DNA of 64,000 nt from positions 1 to 64,000 of the IMG/VR virus record IMGVR_UViG_2778261638_000005. One strand, written 5' to 3'. Shown here one piece after another: positions 1-9,701 of this stretch (positions are counted from its first letter, which is position 1; every line of letters begins with the position of its first letter). A model generated the notes under the pieces. That model did not search any database and was not told the DNA's origin. It saw nothing but the letters and a program-made list of their open reading frames with translations. This stretch comes from a virus. Its lineage: Duplodnaviria; Heunggongvirae; Uroviricota; Caudoviricetes. The translations under genes were made by a program, and so were the position numbers.

Positions 1-2250
1 TCATGATTGGCTCCATGGCAACCACTTACCTTCAATCTTTAGTTGAGTCCAGATTCGCCCATTTACTGGCTCAGACTCATAAAAATTGATAATTCCTATT
101 GATTTATCTTTACTTTTTTCTTTAATAACAAAAATACCGGAAGTAACATTAATTGGTTTTCCTGTCGATTCTGGAAATGCATAATAGAATACTCCTCGTT
201 TTGCTCCATGAATATCCCCATTTGTCCAGTCATAAATATCGGCTGTATCTTTTTTCGACTGTTCGGCCGTAAGGCGTGCTTGACTCCAGAATTCTATGCC
301 GGAACAGAAAGCAGAACCGGTTGATACATTAACAGTAAGAGTATGCCAACCACGAGAGTTGATACGAAGATAGTTGTTAATTTCTGTCTTTGTCGTTGGT
401 TTCAAATAGCCTATGGGCTGATTAACAATATTAAATCCAAAGTTTATCCTCAACATTGAGGTATCATTCGAATATGAAAAATCTCGATTTATATCAAGAG
501 GTTTAGGTGGCATAATATTATTTCCATCAATATAAACATTAACCACCGAACCAGAAGGAACATAAAGGATAGGCCATGCTATAAGCTCATCGCTCTCTGC
601 AAAGAAAGACCATGTTACTCTTTCTCCTGCTGATATATCTAAGCATCGATTGCCAACGATATTATCACCATATGCAAAAGCAGCTTCAGCAGAATTATTA
701 TAGTATTTGTAAATGTCACTGGCTAACCTCGGTGAATTAATTACTATCGGATCGTAAAGTTTTCTGATAGTCAATTGTGAGCCATCAGAAACAACTGTTT
801 TTCGCATTACCAGATCACCGATAAATGCAGCGGCTATCTTAAATCCCCACGCAGAAGATGCATTGAGAACCAAGTGCACCGGATCTCCAAATCGAGTTCC
901 AGCATTAATTGATTGCGTGGCCTCAGCGTAGATATTGTCTCTGTAGCCTGCCATTAGCTCCACACTATCAATAACAGGAATCGAGTACTTATCGGCAAGG
1001 TATTTTAATGCATTCCCCATTTGTTGAACATCAACTCGCTTAACTGTCGGGAATGGATCGCTTGGGCTAGAAGTAGAATAAGTTTCGTATGCTTTATCAA
1101 ATCGCAACGGTAATGGCGTCAACAAAACAACTGGATGCCCCCAAGTTAGCTCCCTAATAATCAGCCTCTCAATCCAGAAAGTGTATTGCTCAATGTTACC
1201 TACTAATGCATAACCGTATTGTGCCGATGCGTCATTAGTACCGAAGTTAATCAACGAAATATCACCAGAATGATTATCCGTAAAAGTTTCAAAAGCATCT
1301 TGCGCGCAGAAACCTGACCTAGCTCGACTTATGGTGGTTACTTTGCCTGCCCCATATGCACTATTCATTGCTACGCGAAATTGAGTCTGGACGTTTTCAG
1401 AGTCTCGTACAGAGTTAGAGTCGCCGTACCAAGTTACAGAAAATACTTTTCCATCACGCAATTTTTTCAAATTTTCAGCTAATAAGTTTCTCTGAATATA
1501 ACTGAACCAGTCAGCATGAGAAAGAGCATCGCCGACTGTATTAGATGGATAAGTCAAATCTCCAGAAAAACCTGATAATCCAGCCCCTGTATTCTTGCCA
1601 AGCTCGATCATAATTTCTGTTGCCGACCCAGAAGGAGGAAGAACAACAATTGCATTACCTGAACTATCAAACACAGGCATTTTATTAGCTCTTTCTTTCG
1701 CTGATGGTAATTGGTTTATAGGCTCAGGAACACGAAGGCTCCTGTTCATATTTCCACTAACCTGTATATCTACATAGTTCTTAGTTGCTGCATCCTGTGG
1801 TTCAGTCGGATCACGCAAATTTTTGATATAATTATCCAGAGCATCATAATACTTTGCCACAAATAATGGTTTTCGAAGTGTAAGGCTGAACAAACTGCGA
1901 ACATGCTGGATTAGCATAGTTAGCTTATCAAAAGCATCCTCATGCACTTCTGCAAAGAACTTACCCTGATTGCGTAGATCAGTTTCCTGCGTAACCGGGA
2001 GTTCTCGTGATATAGAAATCTTATGACCGTTAGCCAATGCCTTTGACACAATTACATTTCCACCGTTGTATCCTCCAGCCCCGGTAACTGTGTAATCAGT
2101 ATCGAGAGCTAGCACAGCGATATTTTCATCAAGGTCAACCACTTGTACTACCAGATCAGATTTCTGGAAAATCCTGAAGGTATAAGGGAATGTCGTTGTA
2201 ACACCGTTACCAATGTATTCGTTGTGGTCAACTTCGGTTGAGACCGTCAT
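1..2250 (-). CDS. Tailspike/tail fibre protein with GDSL/SGNH esterase-like central domain (749 aa); stop codon at window position 1..3
   Basis: N-terminus MTVSTEVDHNEYIGNGVTTTFPYTF resembles conserved phage tail-fibre/tailspike adaptor domains; internal motif VTWYGDSNS fits a GDSL/SGNH hydrolase block I; last gene of the virion module. Confidence 0.6.
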   Translation of the reverse strand: MTVSTEVDHNEYIGNGVTTTFPYTFRIFQKSDLVVQVVDLDENIAVLALDTDYTVTGAGGYNGGNVIVSKALANGHKISISRELPVTQETDLRNQGKFFAEVHEDAFDKLTMLIQHVRSLFSLTLRKPLFVAKYYDALDNYIKNLRDPTEPQDAATKNYVDIQVSGNMNRSLRVPEPINQLPSAKERANKMPVFDSSGNAIVVLPPSGSATEIMIELGKNTGAGLSGFSGDLTYPSNTVGDALSHADWFSYIQRNLLAENLKKLRDGKVFSVTWYGDSNSVRDSENVQTQFRVAMNSAYGAGKVTTISRARSGFCAQDAFETFTDNHSGDISLINFGTNDASAQYGYALVGNIEQYTFWIERLIIRELTWGHPVVLLTPLPLRFDKAYETYSTSSPSDPFPTVKRVDVQQMGNALKYLADKYSIPVIDSVELMAGYRDNIYAEATQSINAGTRFGDPVHLVLNASSAWGFKIAAAFIGDLVMRKTVVSDGSQLTIRKLYDPIVINSPRLASDIYKYYNNSAEAAFAYGDNIVGNRCLDISAGERVTWSFFAESDELIAWPILYVPSGSVVNVYIDGNNIMPPKPLDINRDFSYSNDTSMLRINFGFNIVNQPIGYLKPTTKTEINNYLRINSRGWHTLTVNVSTGSAFCSGIEFWSQARLTAEQSKKDTADIYDWTNGDIHGAKRGVFYYAFPESTGKPINVTSGIFVIKEKSKDKSIGIINFYESEPVNGRIWTQLKIEGKWLPWSQS

Positions 2251-2353
2251 GTTAAATCTCCAGATAGTCGCAGCACCCGTTGCGCCGCATACCCGGCCAT
2301 TTTATTACCTTAAAAACCATATATGTATAGAAATGTCATCAATACGAACAGTA

Positions 2354-2368
2354 TTACCTTTCAGGTAA
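2354..2368. promoter_or_regulatory. Palindrome TTACCTTTCAGGTAA (TTACC-N5-GGTAA), upstream part of a repeated regulatory cassette preceding the tailspike gene
   Basis: Perfect inverted repeat; same motif at 18973..18987, 25564..25578 and 25626..25640. Confidence 0.5.
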
Positions 2369-2444
2369 TTTACAAAACGTGCTGGATAGCAAACAAATTA
2401 TTTGATACTGTATATTCATACAGTTATTGCATGGAGAAGATAAG

Positions 2445-2702
2445 ATGCAGCAGTATCACTATCCACTGGAAGACGGATTTACCGAAAGGGTTCACACGCC
2501 GGGAGGCGTCAGATCACTGGTGGAGGGATCGCACTTGATGAAATTACTCCGGGATCTCGATAAAGATGGATTCAATGTCGATGGCCCACTTGCCGAACTG
2601 ACTGCACTGATTAACTACGTAACCAGCTCACAGATGTCTATGCGGGATCTGCAAACACATCTCGACTATTGTGCCGAACAATTACGAAAACAAATCCGGT
2701 AA
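2445..2702 (+). CDS. Hypothetical small protein (85 aa from ATG; frame opens at TTG 2427), oriented opposite to the flanking virion genes
   Basis: ORF with GGAGAAG RBS about 8 nt upstream of ATG 2445; followed by a GAAA-tetraloop hairpin; no family recognised. Confidence 0.4.
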   Translation: MQQYHYPLEDGFTERVHTPGGVRSLVEGSHLMKLLRDLDKDGFNVDGPLAELTALINYVTSSQMSMRDLQTHLDYCAEQLRKQIR

Positions 2703-2709
2703 ATTTAAA

Positions 2710-2725
2710 GGCCGCGAAAGCGGCC
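2710..2725 (-). terminator. Stem-loop GGCCGC-GAAA-GCGGCC; U-rich tract on the minus-strand side
   Basis: 6-bp GC stem with GAAA loop; minus-strand reading gives hairpin then TTTAAATTT; sits between internal virion protein gene and tailspike gene. Confidence 0.35.
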
Positions 2726-2896
2726 TGTGGCATGTCACGCTCACGTTATGACAAACCTATGTACCCTGGCTACACCAGATAATATCAAAACAACTGCAAC
2801 AGCAAATTCACCATCACCAATGATACATTTACGGTTCATAACGCCAAGTGCAACAAGCGCAAACAAAACAAGAATAAAAGCAATCATTTCTCACCC

Positions 2897-5371
2897 TTAT
2901 TGCGGAGTGACATCCTGCGGTCGCCACCAGTATGTCTGGTTAAACTCTTTCTTCGAACGTTGCTCCATTTTACGCAAATAGCCTGGTGAAAAATACTCCT
3001 GCATCTGGTTAAAGATCATATGATCGAGAGCCGCCTTCAAGTACCAGAGATTCGCACCTGGCATCAGCCCCTTCCCAAGCTTAACCAGATCACCACCAGT
3101 CTGCTCATTCTTCCCTTCCACAGCATTTAACGGTATGCCCTGAGCAATCTTCACTACGTCATCAACCAGACCAGCTACCGGGCCAAACATCGACGCCAGC
3201 GCGCCGCTTCCGTACCTCGTGTGATCTGACAATAAAAAGTCACCGTAAAGGCCAAGACCACCACCTTTCAGCAGAGCACCAAGCCAAAATTTAGCAGCAT
3301 CTTCTCCTGTCATCTCTCGAGGATTACGACCAGACGCAAGGTCGTTAAGTTGCTGCGACAAAGCGCCAAGAATGGTCGTACTGGCAATAAACGTCGCAAT
3401 ATATGCCGCACGCCCACCAGCAGACGGCATACCCATAGCGCGTGACCAGTGACGCATAACCACCGAGATAGGGAACGATTTAAACAGGAAAACACTTCTC
3501 GTTAATTCACCTTTCCATGTTCCACGCTGAATACCAGAACCGGTTATCAGTTGCTCACGTGCTCCCGGTGTAATAACAGCCATATCAACTTCTTCAGTTA
3601 CGGCACCGAGCAGTTTACGCATTGCCTCAAATTTCACGCGTTCAGGCTCACCAAGATGTTTAACTGCTAAATCAGGGATACGCATAATGCTTTCCGGTGT
3701 CAGCATCGTATTATTACCGTTCCCCCAGTCCTCCTGTTGCGCCAGCTTCCATACGCTCCAGTCTGTGTCAGTAATCCCTTTGCTTTTCAGGATACGAAAA
3801 TCAGAGTCATCGAGGCTACGAAGGTCTGGTGTCCGTGACACTACTTCTCCCAGGCTTCCCATCATAGTTACGCCATAGGCGCGCTTGTGCGCATCTGACC
3901 ATGCTGTAAGCCCACTGGCACGCATTACCGCCGTTGCCGCCCAACGAGACACAGACGGCCCCATATTATCCATCGCCCAGCGGTTAACGCTGCCAAGTAG
4001 AGATTCCATCGCCAGACCAGCTCGGCGCGCCCGCGCAAGCTCAGTACGGTTCGTTGGGTCCATAGCTTCAAGCTGGTTGCGGAATAACTGGTTCATTGGA
4101 AGGTTGGTAACCTTCGCAGACAGATACATGGTTCCAAGATCAGAGAACGATGACAGCAACGCGGATCCGAGTCTGCTGGCAACCAGCCAGTTGCGGATAT
4201 TGTCAGACCATCGCGCGATGTGCGGATTCGCTACAGGCTGTGTCTTTCCGGAAATAAAGTTGTACAGATTCTCTGTGTTGTTCGCCAGCCGCTCGACTTT
4301 ACCGGTTTTACTCGGGTTAGCTGTTGCCGTTTCTGCCTTAACCTGATCAAGAAGGGAGCGGAAAACATGATCGGGGTTTGGACCATATGTTTCCACCAGT
4401 GCAATATCTTTACTGATACCTTCCAGGTGACCGACCATGATTTCCCATAGAGAGCGATCGCCATAAAGTTGCTGATATTGCAGATAGGAATCTGCATCTT
4501 TGAAATATATCTGTCGTGATGCATTACCACGGTTAGCACGTGCGCCGGAAATTCGCATTCCGGTATCAGTAAGCTTATTCAGCCCACCAGTAGCGATCGT
4601 GTTATAAGCCTCTCCAAGAAATGCAGACAACTCGGCATCGTTCATCAGTTGTCCATCGGCTCGGATATAATATTTGCGATCCAGCTTACCTATAACATCG
4701 CTAACCCACTTATCCTTTGATACCGCCCCAACCTTTTCCATAGAATGATGTTGAGGGATCCCCCAGTTTTCGAGATAGCCAATGTCCCCACCAGCATCAT
4801 TAAACCGGCGGCGCAGTAGCTCTGTCACTTCTCTCCACGCCTTAGCACCTTTTCTTGCTTTAGCATTGCCAGTATTTTGCCCCCGCATTTCATATACCAG
4901 GTCACGTACGCCCGCTTCATCTTCAAACAGACCAAAAAAGCGAGGATCAACTGCTTCGAATGCCTCCTGCAATTGACTCAATGCATAATCACGGGTGGCT
5001 TTTGTTCTGGATTCAACAGAGAGGAAATTCGATTTACCGTCTGCATTAAAAGCAATAGTACGGTTAAGAGCGCCAAGTTTCCCATCAGCCCCTTGATAGC
5101 TATTGATAAATTTATCCAATCTCTGACGTGCGGCTATAGTGAGGGCCACACGACGTTTCTTTAATGCCGCTTCTCGCTGTAATTCTTCAGATGCCAATTG
5201 TGCTGCACGATATAGCCGCTCTGATTCGGAAAGTTGTCTCCACGACATCGTGTCATCACGAGCAATGGAGCGCATATTTCGATAAATGCGGTCTTCAATG
5301 TTCTGTATTTCTCGCGCCGTTAACGTGCGCTGCGCCGCCTGCTGGACCGCTTGTATACATTCCTGTCTCAT
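2897..5371 (-). CDS. Internal virion / ejection protein (824 aa), T7 gp15/gp16-like position
   Basis: Large ORF in a run of three large genes between the tail tubular genes and the tailspike; coiled-coil-rich N-terminus; assignment by position. Confidence 0.45.
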   Translation of the reverse strand: MRQECIQAVQQAAQRTLTAREIQNIEDRIYRNMRSIARDDTMSWRQLSESERLYRAAQLASEELQREAALKKRRVALTIAARQRLDKFINSYQGADGKLGALNRTIAFNADGKSNFLSVESRTKATRDYALSQLQEAFEAVDPRFFGLFEDEAGVRDLVYEMRGQNTGNAKARKGAKAWREVTELLRRRFNDAGGDIGYLENWGIPQHHSMEKVGAVSKDKWVSDVIGKLDRKYYIRADGQLMNDAELSAFLGEAYNTIATGGLNKLTDTGMRISGARANRGNASRQIYFKDADSYLQYQQLYGDRSLWEIMVGHLEGISKDIALVETYGPNPDHVFRSLLDQVKAETATANPSKTGKVERLANNTENLYNFISGKTQPVANPHIARWSDNIRNWLVASRLGSALLSSFSDLGTMYLSAKVTNLPMNQLFRNQLEAMDPTNRTELARARRAGLAMESLLGSVNRWAMDNMGPSVSRWAATAVMRASGLTAWSDAHKRAYGVTMMGSLGEVVSRTPDLRSLDDSDFRILKSKGITDTDWSVWKLAQQEDWGNGNNTMLTPESIMRIPDLAVKHLGEPERVKFEAMRKLLGAVTEEVDMAVITPGAREQLITGSGIQRGTWKGELTRSVFLFKSFPISVVMRHWSRAMGMPSAGGRAAYIATFIASTTILGALSQQLNDLASGRNPREMTGEDAAKFWLGALLKGGGLGLYGDFLLSDHTRYGSGALASMFGPVAGLVDDVVKIAQGIPLNAVEGKNEQTGGDLVKLGKGLMPGANLWYLKAALDHMIFNQMQEYFSPGYLRKMEQRSKKEFNQTYWWRPQDVTPQ

Positions 5372-5376
5372 TTAAT

Positions 5377-7179
5377 TTAACCTCTCAAGAAACACGCCAC
5401 AGCGACATCAAACAGGCTGGAATCCTGTATTGCCTGCTCACTTTCCCTGTTCGCTTCATCCAGTACTTCACGCGCGCTGCGCGATTGTGGATTACCATCA
5501 TCATCCAGCACGGTGATTATCATGTCCGGAGATTCAAGCAGCGAGTCTTCAGCTATACGCAGATCAATATCTCCTGCCGGATCTGCCATCATTTTTTGTT
5601 CTGTCTGTTGCAATATCTTACCGGGCTCAAAAGGAGCTACTTCGTCTGGCGTCCTGACCTCTGCTGTTTTATAGAATGAAACAGCCTGAGCATTAAGTTC
5701 ACTTTCTGCCTGCTGTCGCCGTGCCAGTTCTGCTCGAGCTTCAAAAAACTGACCGCCAGGCTCATGCGGTGCCAACGCGTTACGGGAAAATTCCAGGCGT
5801 TCTTGTGCCTGCCGGATTCGTTGGTCAATATCGCGAAGTCTGGCCTGTTTATCTGATCGAGCACGAGATAAAGCCTTACCGCTACCGGTTGGCTCTTCTG
5901 CAAGAATTTGTGCGCGCTGTTCAGTGAGATTTTCAATAATTCGTTGGCTATTAGCGATTTCAGACTGGTAAACCTGTCTATCGCCACGCGGCAAAAGCTG
6001 CGCGGCCTGTTCTTCAAGCAACCGATTTTCTATAGCGCGCGCCGTTACTCCATCATCTACAGATGACAGAGCCTCATTAACTGCCTGAGACAGCAGACTC
6101 TTGCGCCCAGGAATTTCACTGAAAGATGCAGACTCAACAATGCTGGCAACGTCTACAGGTCTCCCCTGGCTAACATCAGACATGGCTTTTCGCAGAGCCT
6201 GAATGTGCGAATTACGCGAAAGCACGTTGATCGGAACGCCGGGAGCAATATCAATTTCAGCATGATGAGCGGCATTCGCCGCCAGTGCAGCATCGATATC
6301 AACTGGTGAAAAATTTGGTGCGCTTGTAGGCTCGCCGCGAGAGTTAATAAATCTGCCGACACCACCAAACGCCACCCCAAGAACAGCATCAATAGCAATT
6401 GCCTGTCGATCCAACACATCATACTGGTTAGCCATTTCGCTATAGCCACCATCACGAAGCGTTTTTGCAGTAAGCCCACGCTGTGCCATACCGAACGCAA
6501 TATTTGTACCTGCGGCATAGGCAATATCTGGCGTTGCACGTACTGCTGTTGCTGCGGCGCGTCGCACTGAACTTTCACCCGTCCGCGCAAGCTGAGCCGC
6601 CACACCTTCCGCCAGCGCACCACCAGCACGTAACCCGAGGCTCATAGGGATCAGTGTTCCGGCACCAGCAGTAATACCCTGCACTAATCCCGCTTCCTGC
6701 GCCGTCCTGAAATCAACACCCTGTGCTGTCAGCCGTTCAAACTCAGAAAAACCCTGTAGAGAAGTTACCGCCGCAGCACCTCCGACCGGACCACCGAGCG
6801 TTGTACCGACAACAGCCTGCCCGCCCATATCGAACAACCCATAAAGAACCTGCCCGGCGGTTCCGGTTGTCGCGGCATCAGGCGTCAGCCGCTTAACCTG
6901 CTGCTCTGCTAGTTTTCTCTGCTCAGCAATGTATGAAACTGAAGTGTCATTGAGCGAGGTGTTTTCGTTAACAAACTGAGCAATCGGGGATACGATTTTA
7001 TCCATCCCTGCCCATAGCAACTGATCTGGCTTTGCCACCAGCCCGGAGTACAAACCAGACAATGCCGCTCCTACAGCGTTGTCGAAAAAACCAACATCGC
7101 TGTTAAAGCCAGCTGGATTTGATGCTGCTTCGTCAAGCTGCTGATTCTGGTTTACTGGATTAAGGCCAAAGTAACTCAT
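5377..7179 (-). CDS. Internal virion protein (600 aa)
   Basis: Gly/Ala-rich large ORF, stop/start coupled to neighbours (7176..7179 overlap); position in virion module. Confidence 0.4.
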   Translation of the reverse strand: MSYFGLNPVNQNQQLDEAASNPAGFNSDVGFFDNAVGAALSGLYSGLVAKPDQLLWAGMDKIVSPIAQFVNENTSLNDTSVSYIAEQRKLAEQQVKRLTPDAATTGTAGQVLYGLFDMGGQAVVGTTLGGPVGGAAAVTSLQGFSEFERLTAQGVDFRTAQEAGLVQGITAGAGTLIPMSLGLRAGGALAEGVAAQLARTGESSVRRAAATAVRATPDIAYAAGTNIAFGMAQRGLTAKTLRDGGYSEMANQYDVLDRQAIAIDAVLGVAFGGVGRFINSRGEPTSAPNFSPVDIDAALAANAAHHAEIDIAPGVPINVLSRNSHIQALRKAMSDVSQGRPVDVASIVESASFSEIPGRKSLLSQAVNEALSSVDDGVTARAIENRLLEEQAAQLLPRGDRQVYQSEIANSQRIIENLTEQRAQILAEEPTGSGKALSRARSDKQARLRDIDQRIRQAQERLEFSRNALAPHEPGGQFFEARAELARRQQAESELNAQAVSFYKTAEVRTPDEVAPFEPGKILQQTEQKMMADPAGDIDLRIAEDSLLESPDMIITVLDDDGNPQSRSAREVLDEANRESEQAIQDSSLFDVAVACFLRG

Positions 7180-9689
7180 TGCGGAATATCTCCGGAGAAT
7201 CTCTGACGCTTCTGTGTCAGATTAAGAACAACGGGAGAACCATCATCTTTCAGCAGATAACCAGTACCAAGTTTCACCAGGTACTGACTATCGCCGTAAC
7301 TTTGCAAACCATACTGACCAGGCGGTGTTTTTATCCCGGTGCCGACAACTTGTTCATTCCAAGCCTGATTAACCTGCTTATCGAATTGCTCTGCAGACAT
7401 TCCCCACGGCAAAAGGACATTCCCCATTCCGTTATAGTCATGCACGCCACCTGTAGCTACGTTAACAGCCTGTTTCCAGATATCAGTGTCAATTTCGCCT
7501 GATATCACGCCTTTTTTCGCCATCACACCAGCGTAATAGTCCTTTGCGATCTCGTATGCCATTGATGCCCCCTGAGCATCACCAGCAAATGCATCCTTCA
7601 CCATGTCAGAAAACTCAAGGCGAAGATCAGCATCTTTAGGCATCGGAATACCTTTCGCATCATCAGTACCTTTACGAGCCGCCGCGCCAGCAAGAATTGT
7701 CTGCGCAGCGGTTTCAGGAGACACGGAAACATCCGGATTAAACCAGTTTGTTTCTGCCAAAATACCACCAGGCTTGTCCATCAGTATCCCGGCAACGGCA
7801 GCAGATGGAGCGTTGGCACTGATCTGCTGTAGTGCTGACATATACACCTGCCCACCACCAGTGCTCTGCCTGATGGTATCGAGATATGCTGCCTGTTGGG
7901 AAACTGGAGCATCACGAAAGAAAACACCGATCTGATTGGCCTCGTCTTTGGAAAAGAACGTCAGTGGAGTGCCATATGACTTAGCAAGGTCACTGATCTG
8001 AGCGGCACGCAAGGCAACGCTCTGTCCAAAGTTATCCTTATTGCTCATGTCGATAGGCTTTGCCTGTCCGGAGGCAAGAGAGAACTGCACAGGATCCGAC
8101 TGCCGCTGCTTTATCACCTGATTTGCAGCCGAAACAACGTTGTCATAAAGAGCTGCGCGAGACGCATAACCCTCTCCTGTCTCACCAGTATCCGGGCGTA
8201 ATTGCTCAACATATGCGGTAATGCTGCTTGTCGGCATGTTGCGGAAAGAGCCTATATACTGTCCGGCGATCTGCGTATTTCTGAACTCGGTATATCGCAG
8301 GTTTCCTTCTCTGACGCCATAAGCTGCAATAAAATCATCCTCACCAGGTGGGTTAGGAAATTCAACGCCACGCATATACGCAGCCGTCGCATCGCGAACC
8401 TTGCTGTCAATTATCGTTTTATATTCAGCCTGCTGCTGCCGACGCAGTTGATCCGCCTGTCGCATAAAACTTGCCTGAGCCTCAGGAGATGCCGCATCGA
8501 ATGCTGCATTACCGGTATAGCGTTTGGTGTTGGTTGGAATTGTTGATAAACCAAGTGCTGCACTGACACCAGCAGTTAACTGCTGATCACTGTATGGCTG
8601 GCTACCGTTCTCATGATGGATAATGGCTGCACAAAGCGCCTTCAGGGTATCAGGATTAGATGCATCGAGAGGATCATCAGCAGAAACGCCAAGTTGTTCG
8701 CACACTGCTTTGATATACGACATAGTATCATTTTTATCAGTAGGCGGTGCCCAGCGATTAATTATCTCGCTGACGGTATCAATACCCTGCCTCTGATACG
8801 ACATCAGGTTTCGCCCTAATGCACGAATCCCGTGTTCAGGTGTTTCGAATTTAGCAAATCGACCATCATCACCGGTCTGGCCTACCCACGGATTAGTTTT
8901 GCTGTATTCGAGATTTCCTGGGTTATTGTTGCGTATGCCACGGGCACGCTCGGAAGAGTCACTATCTGCTACAGCACGGCGAGCTCCAGCAGCAGTATCA
9001 CTTAACTCGCCATTATTTTGGATGAATGCGGTCGCATTGTTTGCCGACCACTGGGACAATGCGGCATCAGCAACCTTCTCTTTAAACTCGATTTTCTTGG
9101 CCTGGATTTGCTCGTCGCTCCAGCCATGCGCAATGCCGTAATCCTCAATTTGCTGGAAAGTTTGCTTATTAGCCAATACATATGCGGCATTGTCGCCATA
9201 CAATGCTGCGGCATTTTTACCATTATTCAGCAGCGTCGCCTGAAACTGACCTTCTTCGTAGGCATTAATTTGCCCTATCTCGTGCCGCCCGGCCTGCGTA
9301 GTGAACTGAATGCGCTGCTGCTGCGCCTGCTGCATGAAAGCATTACGAGTCTGTTCATCCGGCAGCGACATAGCCAGTTGCTCGACCTGGGCATCAAACT
9401 GCTGCGTATACTCCTGACCTTTTCCAATAGCATTTTTCCCTTTCAGGTTAAGCAAACCTGTTTCAGGGTTATTCAGCAGATCGCTGCTTATCTGGCTTAA
9501 GCTAAGAGAAGCATCCTGAGCCATAGCAACATTCGCACGCTGTTTTGCCTGCGCAATAATACCTGCATATTGCTCTGCAACATCGCCAAGTACATCACCG
9601 ACATTTGGTGTCTGAAACGATGAGAATCCCTGCGTCGAAATCCCTCTGCTCTGAACCTGACGGCCCGATGTTGTTGGTACAACTGGCAT
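7176..9689 (-). CDS. Internal virion protein with putative peptidoglycan-hydrolase domain (837 aa)
   Basis: Motif GIRNNNPGNLEYSKTNPWVGQ...FAKFETPEHGIRA resembles virion-associated muralytic domains of podovirus structural proteins; recollection, not a search hit. Confidence 0.45.
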   Translation of the reverse strand: MPVVPTTSGRQVQSRGISTQGFSSFQTPNVGDVLGDVAEQYAGIIAQAKQRANVAMAQDASLSLSQISSDLLNNPETGLLNLKGKNAIGKGQEYTQQFDAQVEQLAMSLPDEQTRNAFMQQAQQQRIQFTTQAGRHEIGQINAYEEGQFQATLLNNGKNAAALYGDNAAYVLANKQTFQQIEDYGIAHGWSDEQIQAKKIEFKEKVADAALSQWSANNATAFIQNNGELSDTAAGARRAVADSDSSERARGIRNNNPGNLEYSKTNPWVGQTGDDGRFAKFETPEHGIRALGRNLMSYQRQGIDTVSEIINRWAPPTDKNDTMSYIKAVCEQLGVSADDPLDASNPDTLKALCAAIIHHENGSQPYSDQQLTAGVSAALGLSTIPTNTKRYTGNAAFDAASPEAQASFMRQADQLRRQQQAEYKTIIDSKVRDATAAYMRGVEFPNPPGEDDFIAAYGVREGNLRYTEFRNTQIAGQYIGSFRNMPTSSITAYVEQLRPDTGETGEGYASRAALYDNVVSAANQVIKQRQSDPVQFSLASGQAKPIDMSNKDNFGQSVALRAAQISDLAKSYGTPLTFFSKDEANQIGVFFRDAPVSQQAAYLDTIRQSTGGGQVYMSALQQISANAPSAAVAGILMDKPGGILAETNWFNPDVSVSPETAAQTILAGAAARKGTDDAKGIPMPKDADLRLEFSDMVKDAFAGDAQGASMAYEIAKDYYAGVMAKKGVISGEIDTDIWKQAVNVATGGVHDYNGMGNVLLPWGMSAEQFDKQVNQAWNEQVVGTGIKTPPGQYGLQSYGDSQYLVKLGTGYLLKDDGSPVVLNLTQKRQRFSGDIPQ

Positions 9690-9701
9690 CTTATTATCCC
9701 C

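Noticed and set aside
2727-2981. 84-aa + strand ORF
   Set aside because: Overlaps the 3' end of the minus-strand 824-aa gene and lies downstream of a terminator hairpin; no RBS
3310-5679. Multiple 60 to 170-aa ORFs on both strands inside the 824-aa and 600-aa virion genes
   Set aside because: All are embedded in or antisense to long, coupled structural genes; no RBS or family signal
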